Positions 20,346-34,100 of a stretch of 40,145 nucleotides of DNA are shown here, one piece after another. The notes beneath the pieces were generated by a model that saw only the letters and a program-made list of their open reading frames with translations, was not told the DNA's origin and ran no database searches. Position numbers and translations under genes: made by a program. The DNA is from Octopus bimaculoides (lineage: Eukaryota): NCBI RefSeq assembly GCF_001194135.2, contig NC_068992.1, forward strand, positions 32,597,003 through 32,637,147, read 5' to 3'. Position 1 is the stretch's first letter; every line of letters starts with the position of its first letter.

Positions 20346-23300
20346 CAGTAAGTACATAAGAACACTCACGTAGGTAAAACACTATAGATGCACAGTATTA
20401 CATATGTACATGCACATGCATACATGAACGCACAGGTACATACGTATGTACTTACATACGTACGAACATGCCTATCTTGTTGATATGTAAATTCTAAGGA
20501 AAAGAAAGACCTTGATTTTGCATAGGATACTGAGAAGGGAATATGCTGAATAAAATTATAATTAACTGATTCTCCGGTATATATTTTTTTTCAACTAAAG
20601 CCAAATATTTTCAGCACCTCCTGGTACATACGCTCGCAAGATCAAATAAATTTCCATCATTGTTCGGATATATTTATAATCAACTGAATTATCTTCTAAT
20701 TTAGCAATTATAGGGTAAATTATTCCACAAACACGTGTATCATTAACACGGTTTTCAGACAGAATCAACACGAGAGAGCGTTCAATAAAACTGAACCTTT
20801 GAATTACTTGAACAGTTAATCTGACGAGATTTAGCAGAGTTTCTATCGAATCTCACTCATAAATGCCAAAGCGATTCGAGGTTCTGGTAAAATACCATTT
20901 GTCAAAATGCTAGAGAAACTAACCTCGTGCTGTACAAGCAAGCTTATTACTCAGACTTGCTACTTTCATCCACACACACTCACACACACGCGCACAGCAT
21001 TTCCATAATGCACCCACACACATTTCCATAATGCATATACATACATACATACATCCATCCATCCATCCATCCATCCATCCATACATACATACATACAGAC
21101 ATACATATGTATATAAGCATACATGAATATAAACTGATAGATCTATACGCTCATCAACTCCATCTAGAGATTTCAATGTCGAACAGGCTTGATTAAAATT
21201 TGAAGTTTGTTGAAGCTAGTATAAGATAAGGGCGGGAATTGATAATCATGATAAATATAGATTTCTGTTTTTATATTTGGAAAGTTCATATGAGCTATTA
21301 ACTTTTGATTGTCAAATCAGCAGTATTGATATATCAAACTATTAGTGAAGTGTAGGAATCCATTTACACTGAAGTTGATGATCTATGACAAAAGATGTGA
21401 CAGATTACGTTCAGATACATGAAGAAGATGACGGTATTGTGATGAAGAGGGGAAAATAGCGATGAACAAGAATTGATAAATAAGTGGCATGTATAATTTT
21501 AATGATTTGAATTAAATCACCGTCTGGTGATAAGCGAATCACATTACTTAGATATTACTAAATTACTTTATTCATAGTAGCCGCATCATTGTTATCGCTG
21601 AAAACTCATTTTGACTGTAAAATACTATGAATTTATTGATTTCTCTCAGAACTCGAAGAAAAAACTGAGAACAACTGATTTTCTCATATTTGTGCGAATA
21701 ATTCTGAGTTTTATATGCTATCACTGTTACTATATCTTACAACATTATGAATATTTATACGCTTTCCTATAATTATGATTATTTATAATAGACAACAATT
21801 TAAAGTCATTCTGATTTCAGCACCCGTAATTGAAGACATTGGTATTATGTTGTTGTTTACTGCGGTGAAACATTACTTCTGGTTTTTACTCTCAGTAGAA
21901 TTTTTGCAGCAGTATAAGCCGTCTAACAGACATATATTTATGTTATAGTCATTGCTACCATCAGGGCTTCGACCGCTACATTATATTTTATAAATGACAA
22001 ATCGCTGACCTGTTGAGATATAACGATATTTCTCATAGTGCATAGCTAGTGGAAATGTGCAAATCAATTGCCTATCGGAGTAGCTATTTACTGCTAATTG
22101 GAATTAATTTTAAAAAGTCTCAAAGACCACAGAGATCCACAAATGAGGGAATACCATCTGTCTCTCTCTATATGTTGATTACTATTTCTCTATATTTTGA
22201 TTACTAACAAACGGAAAGATGGTCTTGGTTGATAAAAGAGTAAATGATGAAAGTGTCAATAAGATATTGAACAAGACCATACTTCAGATTTCGTATAAAC
22301 AACAGGAGATTTTTGTTTCATTCATTTCAGTATTTCTCTAACTATGTTTGTAGTTGATATTTAATGTCATCGATTAAATTGGACAAGATAAATGCTTTTA
22401 AATTAATGACCAGCAGAAAACAGTCTGAACACAAATGCTCACCAACTACAACGTAGCTTCTTTTATTTACATGTTTAACCTATTCGAGTTCCAACCGTGC
22501 TTAAAGGTGCAGTGAATGGTCTACAAGTTTTCAGATTGAAATTGAACAATGACTGAGATTCTCTGAAACAATAAATACGTCTACTTTTACAACTAGCTTT
22601 ATTTTCTGAAAAAGAGCTAATATCACTAATTCACTTTGCAATACACTTCAACACGTATGAAGGAAATATATAAAATATTTCGATAGTGAAATTCTAAGTA
22701 AACGTTTAAGATTTTACTGATAGCATAGTGCCACAAAAATGTCTCTGTATCACGCTATTAAATAAGTAAGTACATATAAGATGAACTCATCAAAAATGCA
22801 AACCATATTACAAGCAGAACGAGCAGCAACTTTAGTGGAGAAATATCTGAATAGTGACATTTACGTAATACGTTCTGGTTCAGAAGTGAGGAAATTCCGA
22901 AGTAATTAGGAAAAATATATCAACTTTCTTTCTTTCTTTTACCTTTTAGGTGTTCAATTAGATTCCGAAGTAGAATAAAATGAAAGAACATATTTTTGGT
23001 TATCTTTCATGTCTTATGATGGAACAAGACAAAAAAAGCAAAGCAAATAATTGAAATATTTTGTTTAAAGTCAGCGTACATTTCAGTCAAAATGTTATCA
23101 ATTCTAAATAAGCGGAATCATACTATAGTGTAAAAGGTTGCTTGCAATAATAGTTTCAAGTTTCCACGAACAGATATATTTTAGGAGCCATCAGTATGAA
23201 TTTTATCATTTTCATGTATGTTTATCCCGTTGCTCTTCTTCCACATTATCTTTCTTTCTTAATTCTCCCTCCTCTTTATTAGTATATCTCTCTTGCTCTG

Positions 23301-25989
23301 TCACTATCTCTCTCTCTTATTTTTTCTGTTACATTTTTTATCTCATACCTCTTATATTAGTTCTTAATTCATTTCTTGTTCATATTCCTATCTTTTCTAA
23401 GTTTAGTCCTGTCCCCTCATACTTCCTCACTCCTCATGCCACGCATGTTTTTATTTTCTTCATTAGATGATGAAGATGAGCGTCGTACTTTGTAATGTCT
23501 TAATATATGACAGGCTAGTTCATATTAAGTTACGTAACATATTAAGTTACGTAAACAGACAACCGTGACCACAAGTACCCGTGTAGGTGACCCGCTTAAA
23601 ATAGAGTAGCAGCTAAGGTACCATCTTCCTCTAAAATTGGTCCCATACACAAAATGTTAAATGTTACATCAGCACTGATTTCAACAACAATTAGTTATGA
23701 CTGAATACAACCAGAATGTAATACACTAAAAACATCAATAACTTAAAGATGGAACTTTGTAGTAATTACTGTTAATAAACCTCATTTTGTAAGCCATATA
23801 AATGTTAGGTAATATCGTTAATTTCAGTGGTTATCACTACATTTTGTGATATTGGCTGCCCCCAAAAGCATATGCGTCTGAACGCGTTTTGCCATATTTT
23901 CAACAGAAAGCAAAACGATTGTTGAAATGCTCACTCGAGTGAGTCACTTTATTTTAGCATTAATCACAATGTGATTTCTCACGATAGGGTAAATAGTTTT
24001 GAGTGATGTATACACAACAGTGTCGTAGTGTATATTTCTATAATCTACTAATAATTGAAGAATTACCTGAATTAAATAACAACTATGACCTGAAATGCCG
24101 ATGTAAATGACCAGAATGCATTGTAGAGAAAAAGTGTTTTGAAACAAATATCTTTCTTTCAGCAGCAGCAAGAGCATTTTATTTTTACAATCCTTTAAAA
24201 AAGAATAGTTCTACCAATATGAATGTTTTGGATATCTCACTATATATGAAATCTGATCGTTTGCTATTAAAGCTGATTGGTCTTAACTTCATCTAATAAC
24301 ATAGTGTTACCCTCAATCACTTTTGGGGTGGAGAAATGTTAGAGTAGTATTCAGCTCAGTGTAAATATTGTATAGTATCTCTCACATTGTACCTGTTCTG
24401 CCACTACTGTAAAACAAAACGTTGGAGGTCTGTTGTAAACAGAACCCACCTACTCGAACTAGTAAACCAGTTATCTATATGTCATATGAAAACAACAGAG
24501 CCACAATTCATCACACAATATGTTTGAAAGGAAGAATGATTAAGACAACGCTTACCTGTTACATCTACATACAGTAAGGTCTCACATATTAATATAGTAA
24601 ATTAATAAACACAGAACGAATATGATTTGAACTTTAATTAGTAGAACTAAATCCCATCTACGGGTTTCTAAAAACCTAAAATCAAGAAGCAAATTCCTTT
24701 TCAGATTAAAACCGAACTTGATGGACTGCTGTAAACAACTGAAAGCTTAGAGTTCATTAGGTGTACTCAGTGATGTATATCATACTCAATTGTTGGGTTT
24801 TTGAAGTGAGTAGTATTTATTTCATTTACAGAATTCAGTAGTTCTGATTATGAATATCAACAATAAAGTTGAGGTAAAATACTGCTGGGAAGCCTTTTGC
24901 ATAAGAAACACACATATTGTCGAATCACACTCAGGTTTTACTATGGATAGAAACACTTCCACCAACGAAGCCTAACTTTGCATGTGGTTTATATTCCGAA
25001 ACATTTGCTTTATTTGTTTGTTTGTTTTTTATATTCTCTTTTGTTTGTAATTTTTAAATTTTAAGCAGCTCCAGGGATGTTTATTTCACTTTATTACAAA
25101 GAAAATTTCAATCAATTAATTTTAATTTTACAGTACACCATAAACTAAATAGTTTGCAAAATGCCTTCATGTTCTAACGTTTCACAGACATTTCCAATAT
25201 AGCAGCCAATAGAGAATAACTAGTACAGTGCAGCAGTCACAGGATTACTCTCTTTCACACATGGGTAACCAGAGTTGTATACTATTACCTAGCATTAACA
25301 GGACGAATACAACTTCTTTTGTAAGTAACAACTGTATATCCGAGAAGGTAGACATCTTAGCTCTCAAACCTTCTTAAAACTTTCCAATAATCCCTGAAAA
25401 GTAAACTAGATCCCCCCATTGTTGAAAATAAAGCCAATGACTTCACAGTTATAAGTCCCACTTTGACTAGAATGCCGTATCTTAATTATATCTCTTACAT
25501 AAAGAATTCTGTTCAATCATTTCTCACAAAATCATCCTTGAAATGCAAATTATATCCCTCTTCTGTCACATCACATTTACAAGTATGTCTTATATTATTT
25601 CAAGCGTATGTCTATTCGACTCTCAGCCCTATGCCTATGGTATTTCCAGTTGATACGAAAGTATAACGCACCCAAAGATGATATTTTTAGTCTACGTTAA
25701 GCAAAGAATACCTGGTATTTAAAAGTTACGTATGACAATATTCTAAATTGTTCAATATTCTAAACTGTGACCTGGTGATAAAATATATATTCTGCAATCA
25801 TTTCAGTACAAATAAGTGCAAATGTACCTTTTTCGATCTCGGCTTGCGATCAGGTAAAAACCAACTTTCTTGAAAGATAAGAGAACCGTCCTCTGTTCTT
25901 TAAGTACCAAAATGGTATCAAATGGTGAGTATGCCATTTCACACGGAAAAATAAACATACAAAATGCTGCCACCATATTTTCGATTCAT

Positions 25990-26287
25990 ACAATGCATTT
26001 AATAAGAAACGGTTCTAGTTTACTGAGGTCTTGCGTTTACTCACTGCTGAAGAGCATGCTTTCTGTTAAACAGTGTCAGGTATTTTTTTTTCCGCACAGT
26101 GGCATACATCCGCTCCAGCGTTTCAGAGTACAGGTTGGCATTGATGTGTCGACCGTGTAGAACGAACTTGTATTATCCCTTCAAATATTCTACCGGACGA
26201 GGCGCGTCAACTTGTCTTCGAAATGCCAATGTTTTGTGACTGGCTTCGGAAGCTGGCCCACTGCTTATGCACATTAAGATTGCGATC
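25990..26287 (-). pseudogene. Mariner (DD34D) transposase relic, central catalytic region, inverted
   Basis: Minus-strand frames: ..EGII..LHGRHINANLYSETLERMYA..KYLTLFNRKHALQQ*VNARP, i.e. the Y..QL.R and (D)NARPH motifs. Confidence 0.75.
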
Positions 26288-26298
26288 AAATATTTTCC

Positions 26299-26490
26299 TC
26301 CGATTATTACTAGTTCTGATGCATGGCTCACTTCCTTAGCTCACGATGGTTCATCAACCAAAAGGAAGTGAAAGCTTCAGTGAAGGATCTTCGCCTCGAA
26401 GGACAAGAAATGGTACCAGCGCGAGATCAGAGAACTGATATTAGGGTGGCTTTTGTCGTACAATACCATGGCCTCCACCTTGACTGCTAG
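26299..26490 (+). pseudogene. Mariner transposase relic, C-terminus
   Basis: Plus strand: SDYY*F*CMAHFLSSRWFINQKEVKASVKD/FASKDKKWYQREIRELILGW..VQYHGLHLDC*, matching (AP)SDY.LF..M...L....F....EV......FF.SK...WY..GI..L..RW. Confidence 0.85.
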
Positions 26491-26644
26491 GTTCCTTTTG
26501 ATGTAACTCGATGAATAAAGCCAAGCAGATACCAAAATATTGCAAACATTTGATTCAAGACAATATATAGATATATTCTGAATATATTGTTTAATCAAGA
26601 ACTCTAAGAAAAGGATCGTAAATAGACATTATTCTTTTCTTTTA

Positions 26645-26845
26645 TTCTTTTACTTGTTTCAATCATTTGACTGCGAATATACTGGAGCACTGCTTTTAGT
26701 CGAGCAAATCGCCTCCCGGATTTATTCTTTATAAGTCTAGTAATTATTTTATCTGTCAATTTTGTCGAACCGTTAAGTTACATGGGCATAAACGTACCAG
26801 CATCAGATGTCAAGCGATATTATGGGGGCAAGCACAAACACACAC
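26645..26845 (-). mobile_element. SINE 3' fragment
   Basis: TTCTTTTACTTGTTTCAATCATTTGACTGCG..TTTGTCGAACCGTTAAGTTAC..; homologous to 4975-5155, 14412 and 39849. Confidence 0.75.
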
Positions 26846-27570
26846 TTTTTCCCTTTATTTTTATAATTTAATTTTTCGTTTTTACAAAGGCCTATGAAGA
26901 TTTTCTGTACTGGCACATGAGGTTTAATGCAATGATCTGGTTTATATTTTGCTAATTTTATCCATCCCCAACATTAAATATTTTTATACGTAATATATAC
27001 TATTTGCTATAAGACCCAAAGAAAATAAACGTGCGGTGTTACTTTCTTTATGACTCTCTTTCAAGTTATCATTTATACTTGCAAGTTATTAATGTTTATT
27101 TAGTAAATTAATTAAATGACTTTTCAGCAGAGTTCAACACTTGGTGCATAATATCAAATACTAGGACTTTTACTATTTACTAATAATTATATTTATTTGT
27201 TTTCAATTTATGGTTTGCATATATTTTGTTATTGTGAAATAGGCAGTGACATTGTTATCAGTTAAATGAAGCTTCCTTGGAACAATCTTTATATTCTACA
27301 TATTCTAACGACAATACTATGACTTCTAAAATTGTCAAATTATGGAGGAAGTAAGAATACTAAAGATGAAAGGTTCATCTACATACAAGGAAACTCGATA
27401 TATAGAGGATGTACTAAAGGTAGATTTACATATATGCACACACTCACATACACACACTCACATACACACACACACACACATATATATCTATAGCTCATCA
27501 ATGTGTACATATATCCTCATATACAAAAAGAATTATTTGATTGCGAATATTCGTATAAACGTGCATATCC

Positions 27571-27605
<35 letters not shown>

Positions 27606-28625
27606 TGTATGTATGCATGTATGTATATATATATATATATANNNNNNNNNNNNNNNNNNNNNNNNNNNNNNNNNNNNNNNNNNNNNNNNNNNNNNNNNNN
27701 NNNNNNNNNNNNNNNNNNNNNNNNNNNNNNNNNNNNNNNNNNNNNNNNNNNNNNNNNNNNNNNNNNNNNNNNNNNNNNNNNNNNNNNNNNNNNNNNNNNN
27801 NNNNNNNNNNNNNNNNNNNNNNNNNNNNNNNNNNNNNNNNNNNNNNNNNNNNNNNNNNNNNNNNNNNNNNNNNNNNNNNNNNNNNNNNNNNNNNNNNNNN
27901 NNNNNNNNNNNNNNNNNNNNNNNNNNNNNNNNNNNNNNNNNNNNNNNNNNNNNNNNNNNNNNNNNNNNNNNNNNNNNNNNNNNNNNNNNNNNNNNNNNNN
28001 NNNNNNNNNNNNNNNNNNNNNNNNNNNNNNNNNNNNNNNNNNNNNNNNNNNNNNNNNNNNNNNNNNNNNNNNNNNNNNNNNNNNNNNNNNNNNNNNNNNN
28101 NNNNNNNNNNNNNNNNNNNNNNNNNNNNNNNNNNNNNNNNNNNNNNNNNNNNNNNNNNNNNNNNNNNNNNNNNNNNNNNNNNNNNNNNNNNNNNNNNNNN
28201 NNNNNNNNNNNNNNNNNNNNNNNNNNNNNNNNNNNNNNNNNNNNNNNNNNNNNNNNNNNNNNNNNNNNNNNNNNNNNNNNNNNNNNNNNNNNNNNNNNNN
28301 NNNNNNNNNNNNNNNNNNNNNNNNNNNNNNNNNNNNNNNNNNNNNNNNNNNNNNNNNNNNNNNNNNNNNNNNNNNNNNNNNNNNNNNNNNNNNNNNNNNN
28401 NNNNNNNNNNNNNNNNNNNNNNNNNNNNNNNNNNNNNNNNNNNNNNNNNNNNNNNNNNNNNNNNNNNNNNNNNNNNNNNNNNNNNNNNNNNNNNNNNNNN
28501 NNNNNNNNNNNNNNNNNNNNNNNNNNNNNNNNNNNNNNNNNNNNNNNNNNNNNNNNNNNNNNNNNNNNNNNNNNNNNNNNNNNNNNNNNNNNNNNNNNNN
28601 NNNNNNNNNNNNNNNNNNNNNNNNN

Positions 28626-28657
<32 letters not shown>

Positions 28658-30749
28658 AACATATAAAGCCTATGTACTTTCGTATACATTGTCTCATTAT
28701 AATCATCATCATCATCATCATCATCATTTTCTCATCATGACACACAACAAATCTTAACTTCGTGTCTCTTTTATCTTGGTCTGAAAGCTTTTGCCACATA
28801 TAGTATATCACAGCGGAACGTGATAGTACTTGAGGCATATCATCTTACCACGGTCCAATGTTCATTTTGATTTTCGCATCATACGTAAATTTGACAGTCA
28901 CAATATTTTGCAGAGCTTTTTATTTAAATTCCATTCAGCACGCGTTGAAATTGTGTTCATGTTCACTTATTTCTTTAGTATTAAGTTTCACTAAACAGAG
29001 TCTTGTCAGCACAATTTCTTTCTCAATGGACATTACTGAATACATCTAGTTGAGCTACTACATATTTTTTTCTTTAAGTTTGAGCAACATGATTTAAATG
29101 ATTAACATAACTGTACTCGTCAGTATAATATTACTACATTATTTTCCACTCTGCAAATCACTCTTTTCTTTTCTGATCATGGACCCACCAGCTTTTCAAT
29201 GTCATTGATATTGCAATCTGTTCATAGCAGAATTTCGATAAATATATTAGATTTTACAGTAAAGAAACTGCTTTCTCGAAACATGGCACAATGAGACTAT
29301 TCGCATCATAATACATATCACCGCTTTTAACCTTATTAAGTACATTCTTTGGAAAGCGTGTCAGTTCTACTTTGGTCATTGTTTAGTGTCTTTTGTAAAT
29401 GATTTTCTCTTGAATTATTTGTATGATTTGATCCCCCCACCCATTTGTGTGAATTCATGTAGCTGTATGTGAAAAACAAATGATTCTTTTCAAAACATTT
29501 TTCGTTCCTGGGTGGCAATATTTCGTTTCTAATTGTATTTCATAAACAATTATTCAAAAATTATTAGCATTTCTATCACACTTAACTTCGATATCTGCCA
29601 CAAAGTGATAATTTCAATGTAATTTAATACAACTGGAACGCAGCAGACGTTTAACATCTCCATACGCTTCAGAAAGATGAACAGCATATAAATTATATTT
29701 AAAGAGTAATTGGCTTAAGTGAACAGGAAAGTTTAAAATTTAGTAGTTTCTCAATATTGAGGATTATAATGTTATTCACTTTTACGCCTCAGCTTGAAAT
29801 TCGCCTGCCATTCTGTTTTAATTATAACAGACTTCAAAATCTAGTGTATTCTAAAGAAACGATCGCTCTTCGTAATGACCAACTATGACCAACATTAATT
29901 TTTCAAGATTTGCACAAAGGCTGTGAACTTTTCTTGAAAATCTCTAGCACTTATTGCTTTACGCTAGAACCAGAGTCACCATATGATTCGCATATTCTTC
30001 TACAATGTGATTATCCAGGGAGCTACAAAATTAATGCACAACGCTGCCAATCCAAGACTGCTTTTTGCCGTCTTACTGATTTTGATGAAGAATTCCATGT
30101 ATTACCGTCTAATCACGCTCTTTATCTGCAGATGAATATTCAGTGACTCTCCTGCTATTCCTCATGCCTACTAACACTTTCTCTTATTGAGAGCTGTAGT
30201 GTGAGGAGTGGTAATTGACAGAATTGCAGACAATGTAACCTCTCATAACTCTCTCTCTCCCTCCTACATATATGTTTTTCTCTCACACAGATTTATATAT
30301 ATATATGTATATATATANNNNNNNNNNNNNNNNNNNNNNNNNNNNNNNNNNNNNNNNNNNNNNNNNNNNNNNNNNNNNNNNNNNNNNNNNNNNNNNNNNN
30401 NNNNNNNNNNNNNNNNNNNNNNNNTATATATAATGTACTGAACTCACTCTCTCATAGGATGTTACCTCTCATAACTCTCTCTCTCTCTCTCTCTCTTTCT
30501 CACACACACACACACACACACGCGCGCGCACATTTATTACTTCTCTTACTTCATTCTTTTTTTAACCGGTTGCGTTCTTTTCAATGTTTCTATCAGCGGT
30601 GTCATTTTGAAAAAAGATGCTGTTAGTCTTCGGTGAAAATTACAATTACACCATATTTGTAAAACACTATCTTCAAGTGCTATTTTTTTGTTATTGAATT
30701 GCTCTAAACGAATTTGACCATAAATATGTTGGAGATTTAGTACTTTTTA

Positions 30750-30976
30750 GGATATTAATAAAATTTGTCGGACCTATTTTCATGCCATCGGCCGTCGGAC
30801 CTATTCTTATATCTGTTTATATCGTTGCGTTTATGAATATGTTATTGAATGTACTGTAGTCTGATATTTCACGCATGCGTAGAATTCTGGAATAGCAGAC
30901 GTAAATAGTATGAACATTTCGTAAACTTTATGCATTCGATTGCATGAAAATAGGTTCGACTAATTTTATTATTACC
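30750..30976. mobile_element. MITE-like element (~227 bp) with ~35-bp TIRs, possible TTA target duplication
   Basis: TAATAAAATTTGTCGGACCTATTTTCATGCCATCG (30756-30790) versus the reverse complement of 30937-30971: 3 mismatches in 35. Outer ends GG..CC are flanked by TTA on both sides (30747-30749, 30977-30979). Confidence 0.65.
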
Positions 30977-31186
30977 TTAAAAAATACTAACTTTCATACA
31001 TTTGTATAGACAAATTAGTTTACAGCAGTTCAACAGCATAGACTTGCACTTTAAATAGTGTTTAGTTAGAGTGGTGTAATTGTAAATAAATACCCGTTCA
31101 TAGAAATTAGCTCAAATACTAACTGAATCGTCTCAAAACTTTTATTGTATAATTGTCATAAATATTCACGCTTTCAACAGAACACT

Positions 31187-34100
31187 GTGCCCAGAAAAAG
31201 AAGGGCAACAACCTGTCTCGAAAAGTTCCTTGTTCACAAAAGATTACTGAGTAAAGACAACAGACGTTAATTGAAGAAAGCAAACAAGGACTTAGCTCTT
31301 CTCAGTATCTCGAAGTAAAGCAAAGGTGATCGCAAGAAACCCGTGCAATGGAAATACCGGAAGAAACAGAGGCACGGAAAATGCAGATAGACAGAGGGGA
31401 CAGGAAACCCGAGCAATGGAAAAACTATAAGATTCAGAAGCACGGAGGAATGTGAATCGGATAAGAACACTGGAAACCAGCGCAATGGAAAAACCAAGTA
31501 AGCACGGAGAAAAGTGAATCGGCTGAGAACATAGAAAATCCGTGCAATGGAAACACCACGAGAAACAGAAGCACGGACAAATACTGATCGGCTGAGGAAA
31601 CAGGATTCTAGGGAAAAGACGTCGCTGCCACAAATTCAGCAGCGAAAAGCAAATAACCAGGCACGATACTAATCGCGACTTCCTCAGGAAAGAACGGGCA
31701 CTGAGAGAATGGCTAGAGTAGTTGATATGGCAGATTCTCATGAGAAAAAACGAAACCCAAGCCTGATGATGTTGCACTACTGTGAACATGTTTTTAACAG
31801 AACATGTCCTGACTGCAAAGCTTACTTTTGGGGTGCTAAGAAAACTAGCCTCTGCTGCGGCAAAGGAAAAATTAGCTATGACAAAGTTCCACAGATAAAA
31901 AAAAAACCCACAGAATTAATAGCTAAGTACTAAGATGTTAATCTAAGTGGTCAAAAGTTTCTGAACAAAATTCTTGACTACAATAATTTACTGTCTATGG
32001 CTTCACTTGGACTGAATAATTCATCAGTCGTAGCGTAGGATGTTAGCACTTTTATGCCTACTTTCAAGATTCAAGGAAATTTGTGCTACCGCATTGGAAG
32101 TCTTCTACCAGCAGTAAATAGGAAGCCAGTTTACGCGCAGCTATATATTGTTGACACTGAAGATGAGATGAGAAACAGGTTGTCATTCAGAGGATCAGAC
32201 AATGGCTTAATGAGAACATCTTGCTAGACTTGCAGAGAGCATTGCATATGCACACTCCATTTGTAAAGTTTTTAACAGGCTATTGATATAATCAAGGAAT
32301 ACTCTGCGCTAGGAAAATGTTCTACCGGTGATATTATTATAAGTCATGACAAAGGGCTTATTCCCGCTGCGTCACATGAGAGAACCTATAATCCACCAAC
32401 TGCATCAGAAGTTGATGTGATCATAGTGGGAGATGTTATCAATAATACCAATATTAAACCTGCGGATGTTGTTGTGCAGTACAGAGAGAACAATGGGAAG
32501 TAACATTAATCAGATCAACAGAAGCTATGACCATCTTCATTATGTACTTCTGTTTCCCTATGCAGAAGATAGCTGGAATTTGTTTTTTGAAGGATAATGA
32601 CCGAAGCAAAAAAAATCACTGTGACTTTTATTCTTATCGGCTTCAGATAAGATAGAAAGATCAAGATCGATTACACTTCCTGAGAACTCATCAAAAACAG
32701 CTTAAGGCTGAAAAGTACCAGGGCCTTCTAGATGTTATTGCAAATGGTAGTATGTATAACGTAGGGTCTAAAATCATTGCTCCCCCATCACACACTGGTT
32801 ATCCTCGATCTTACAGGGAGAGTTTCCAAGCTGAAATTGCTCTGGTGAGAGAGTTTGGAAAGCCAGACCACTCCATCACAATGACAACTAACACATACTG
32901 GACTGAGATAACGGATGCCCTGTTTGAAGGTGAAAGAACACAGGATCGACCTGACATTGCAGCCAGAGTGTTTAAAATGAAGTACGACTCTCTGAAGTAT
33001 GATCTATTAAAAAAGAGTGTCTTGGGAAACGTAATAGCACATGTCTCTACATATTGCTCTTTATGGCTGCTACAGACACGCCAAGAACGCCAGAGATCAT
33101 TGATCGAGTTTTATGTGCAGAGATACCAGATAAGGATATGAATTCAGACCTATTGGAGATTGTTGTAAAAAATAACATTCGTAGACCCTGTGGATGCCAT
33201 CCAGAATACAGACGCCAGTCACCAATCTTTGGAGGCAGGACACACATTATTAGAACTACTCGGACATCTACTGAAGTACGTAATAGCTTCATAGTGCCGT
33301 ACAACCCCCCCCCATTCTTATTTCTCCGATACAACTGTCATCTAAATGTTGAGGTTGTGCACACTGTACTCGCGGTGAAATATCTTTTGAAGTACCTCAC
33401 TAAGGGCCTGATAGGGTCAACGTTCATATCTGATCAAGCAGTACTGATGAAACAATTGGAATACTGCAAGAGTTTAACAATTCAAGCCTTAAATTGGTTG
33501 ATAATGAAATTGACACTTACCAAAATACATCTCATCTGGTGAGGCAATTTGGAAGATATTCTGGATTTCAATCCATTCCAGACAACCCGCTGTCATAAAT
33601 CTTTCATGCCATTTGAAAAATCAACAATCTCTTACTTTCGATGCTGAGCTACCTGAAAACATTGAGCTTGTAGCAAGAACAACTTTGACTGAGATTTTCA
33701 CATTACATAAATATGACTGCGACGCCAGAGACAAGCTATATGCTGAAATTCCAAAGTATTACACTTGGAATAAAGAAGAAAAGTGGCAAAATAGGAAAAG
33801 GGGAACAATCGGATGGAAACTATAAAACCAGTACTATTGGTCGCATACCCATTGTCGCTTACAATGTCCAGCAGAAGGAATTATATTACTTGAGGATGCT
33901 ACTACATCGTGTCAAAGGTCCCCAATTATATGCTGACTTACGGATTGTTAATGGTGGTCTATGTTTCAACTATCACGATGCGTGCACAAAGCTGGGACTT
34001 TTACAAGACGATGACGAAATCATTAGAACATTAGATTAAACCAAACATCACTGTTTCAGTGACCAGCTAAGACACGTATTTTGTACTGTTCTCCTCACTT

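Noticed and set aside
20821-20890. CTGACGA-GAT..ATC-GAAT hammerhead-like string
   Set aside because: GAAT instead of GAAA and no complementary stem I arms.
25766-25795. GTGACCTGGTGATAAA as a relic of the mariner VTGDEKW motif
   Set aside because: Needs a frameshift and has no supporting flanking similarity.
27342-28838. Long ORFs (387-446 aa) here and at 13106-13851
   Set aside because: Almost entirely N-gap plus TA/TATG microsatellite translation.
29910-30146. 78-aa ORF preceded by an acceptor-like TTTTTCAAG
   Set aside because: No family recognised and no supporting neighbouring exon.
30238-30485. Direct repeat ACCTCTCATAACTCTCTCTC on both sides of a gap
   Set aside because: Low complexity and gap-adjacent; may be an assembly artefact.
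31121-31130. AACTGAATCG resembling the Helitron 3' AGCTGAATCG, as a 5' terminus marker
   Set aside because: 9/10 direct match only; no clear A|TC start could be assigned.
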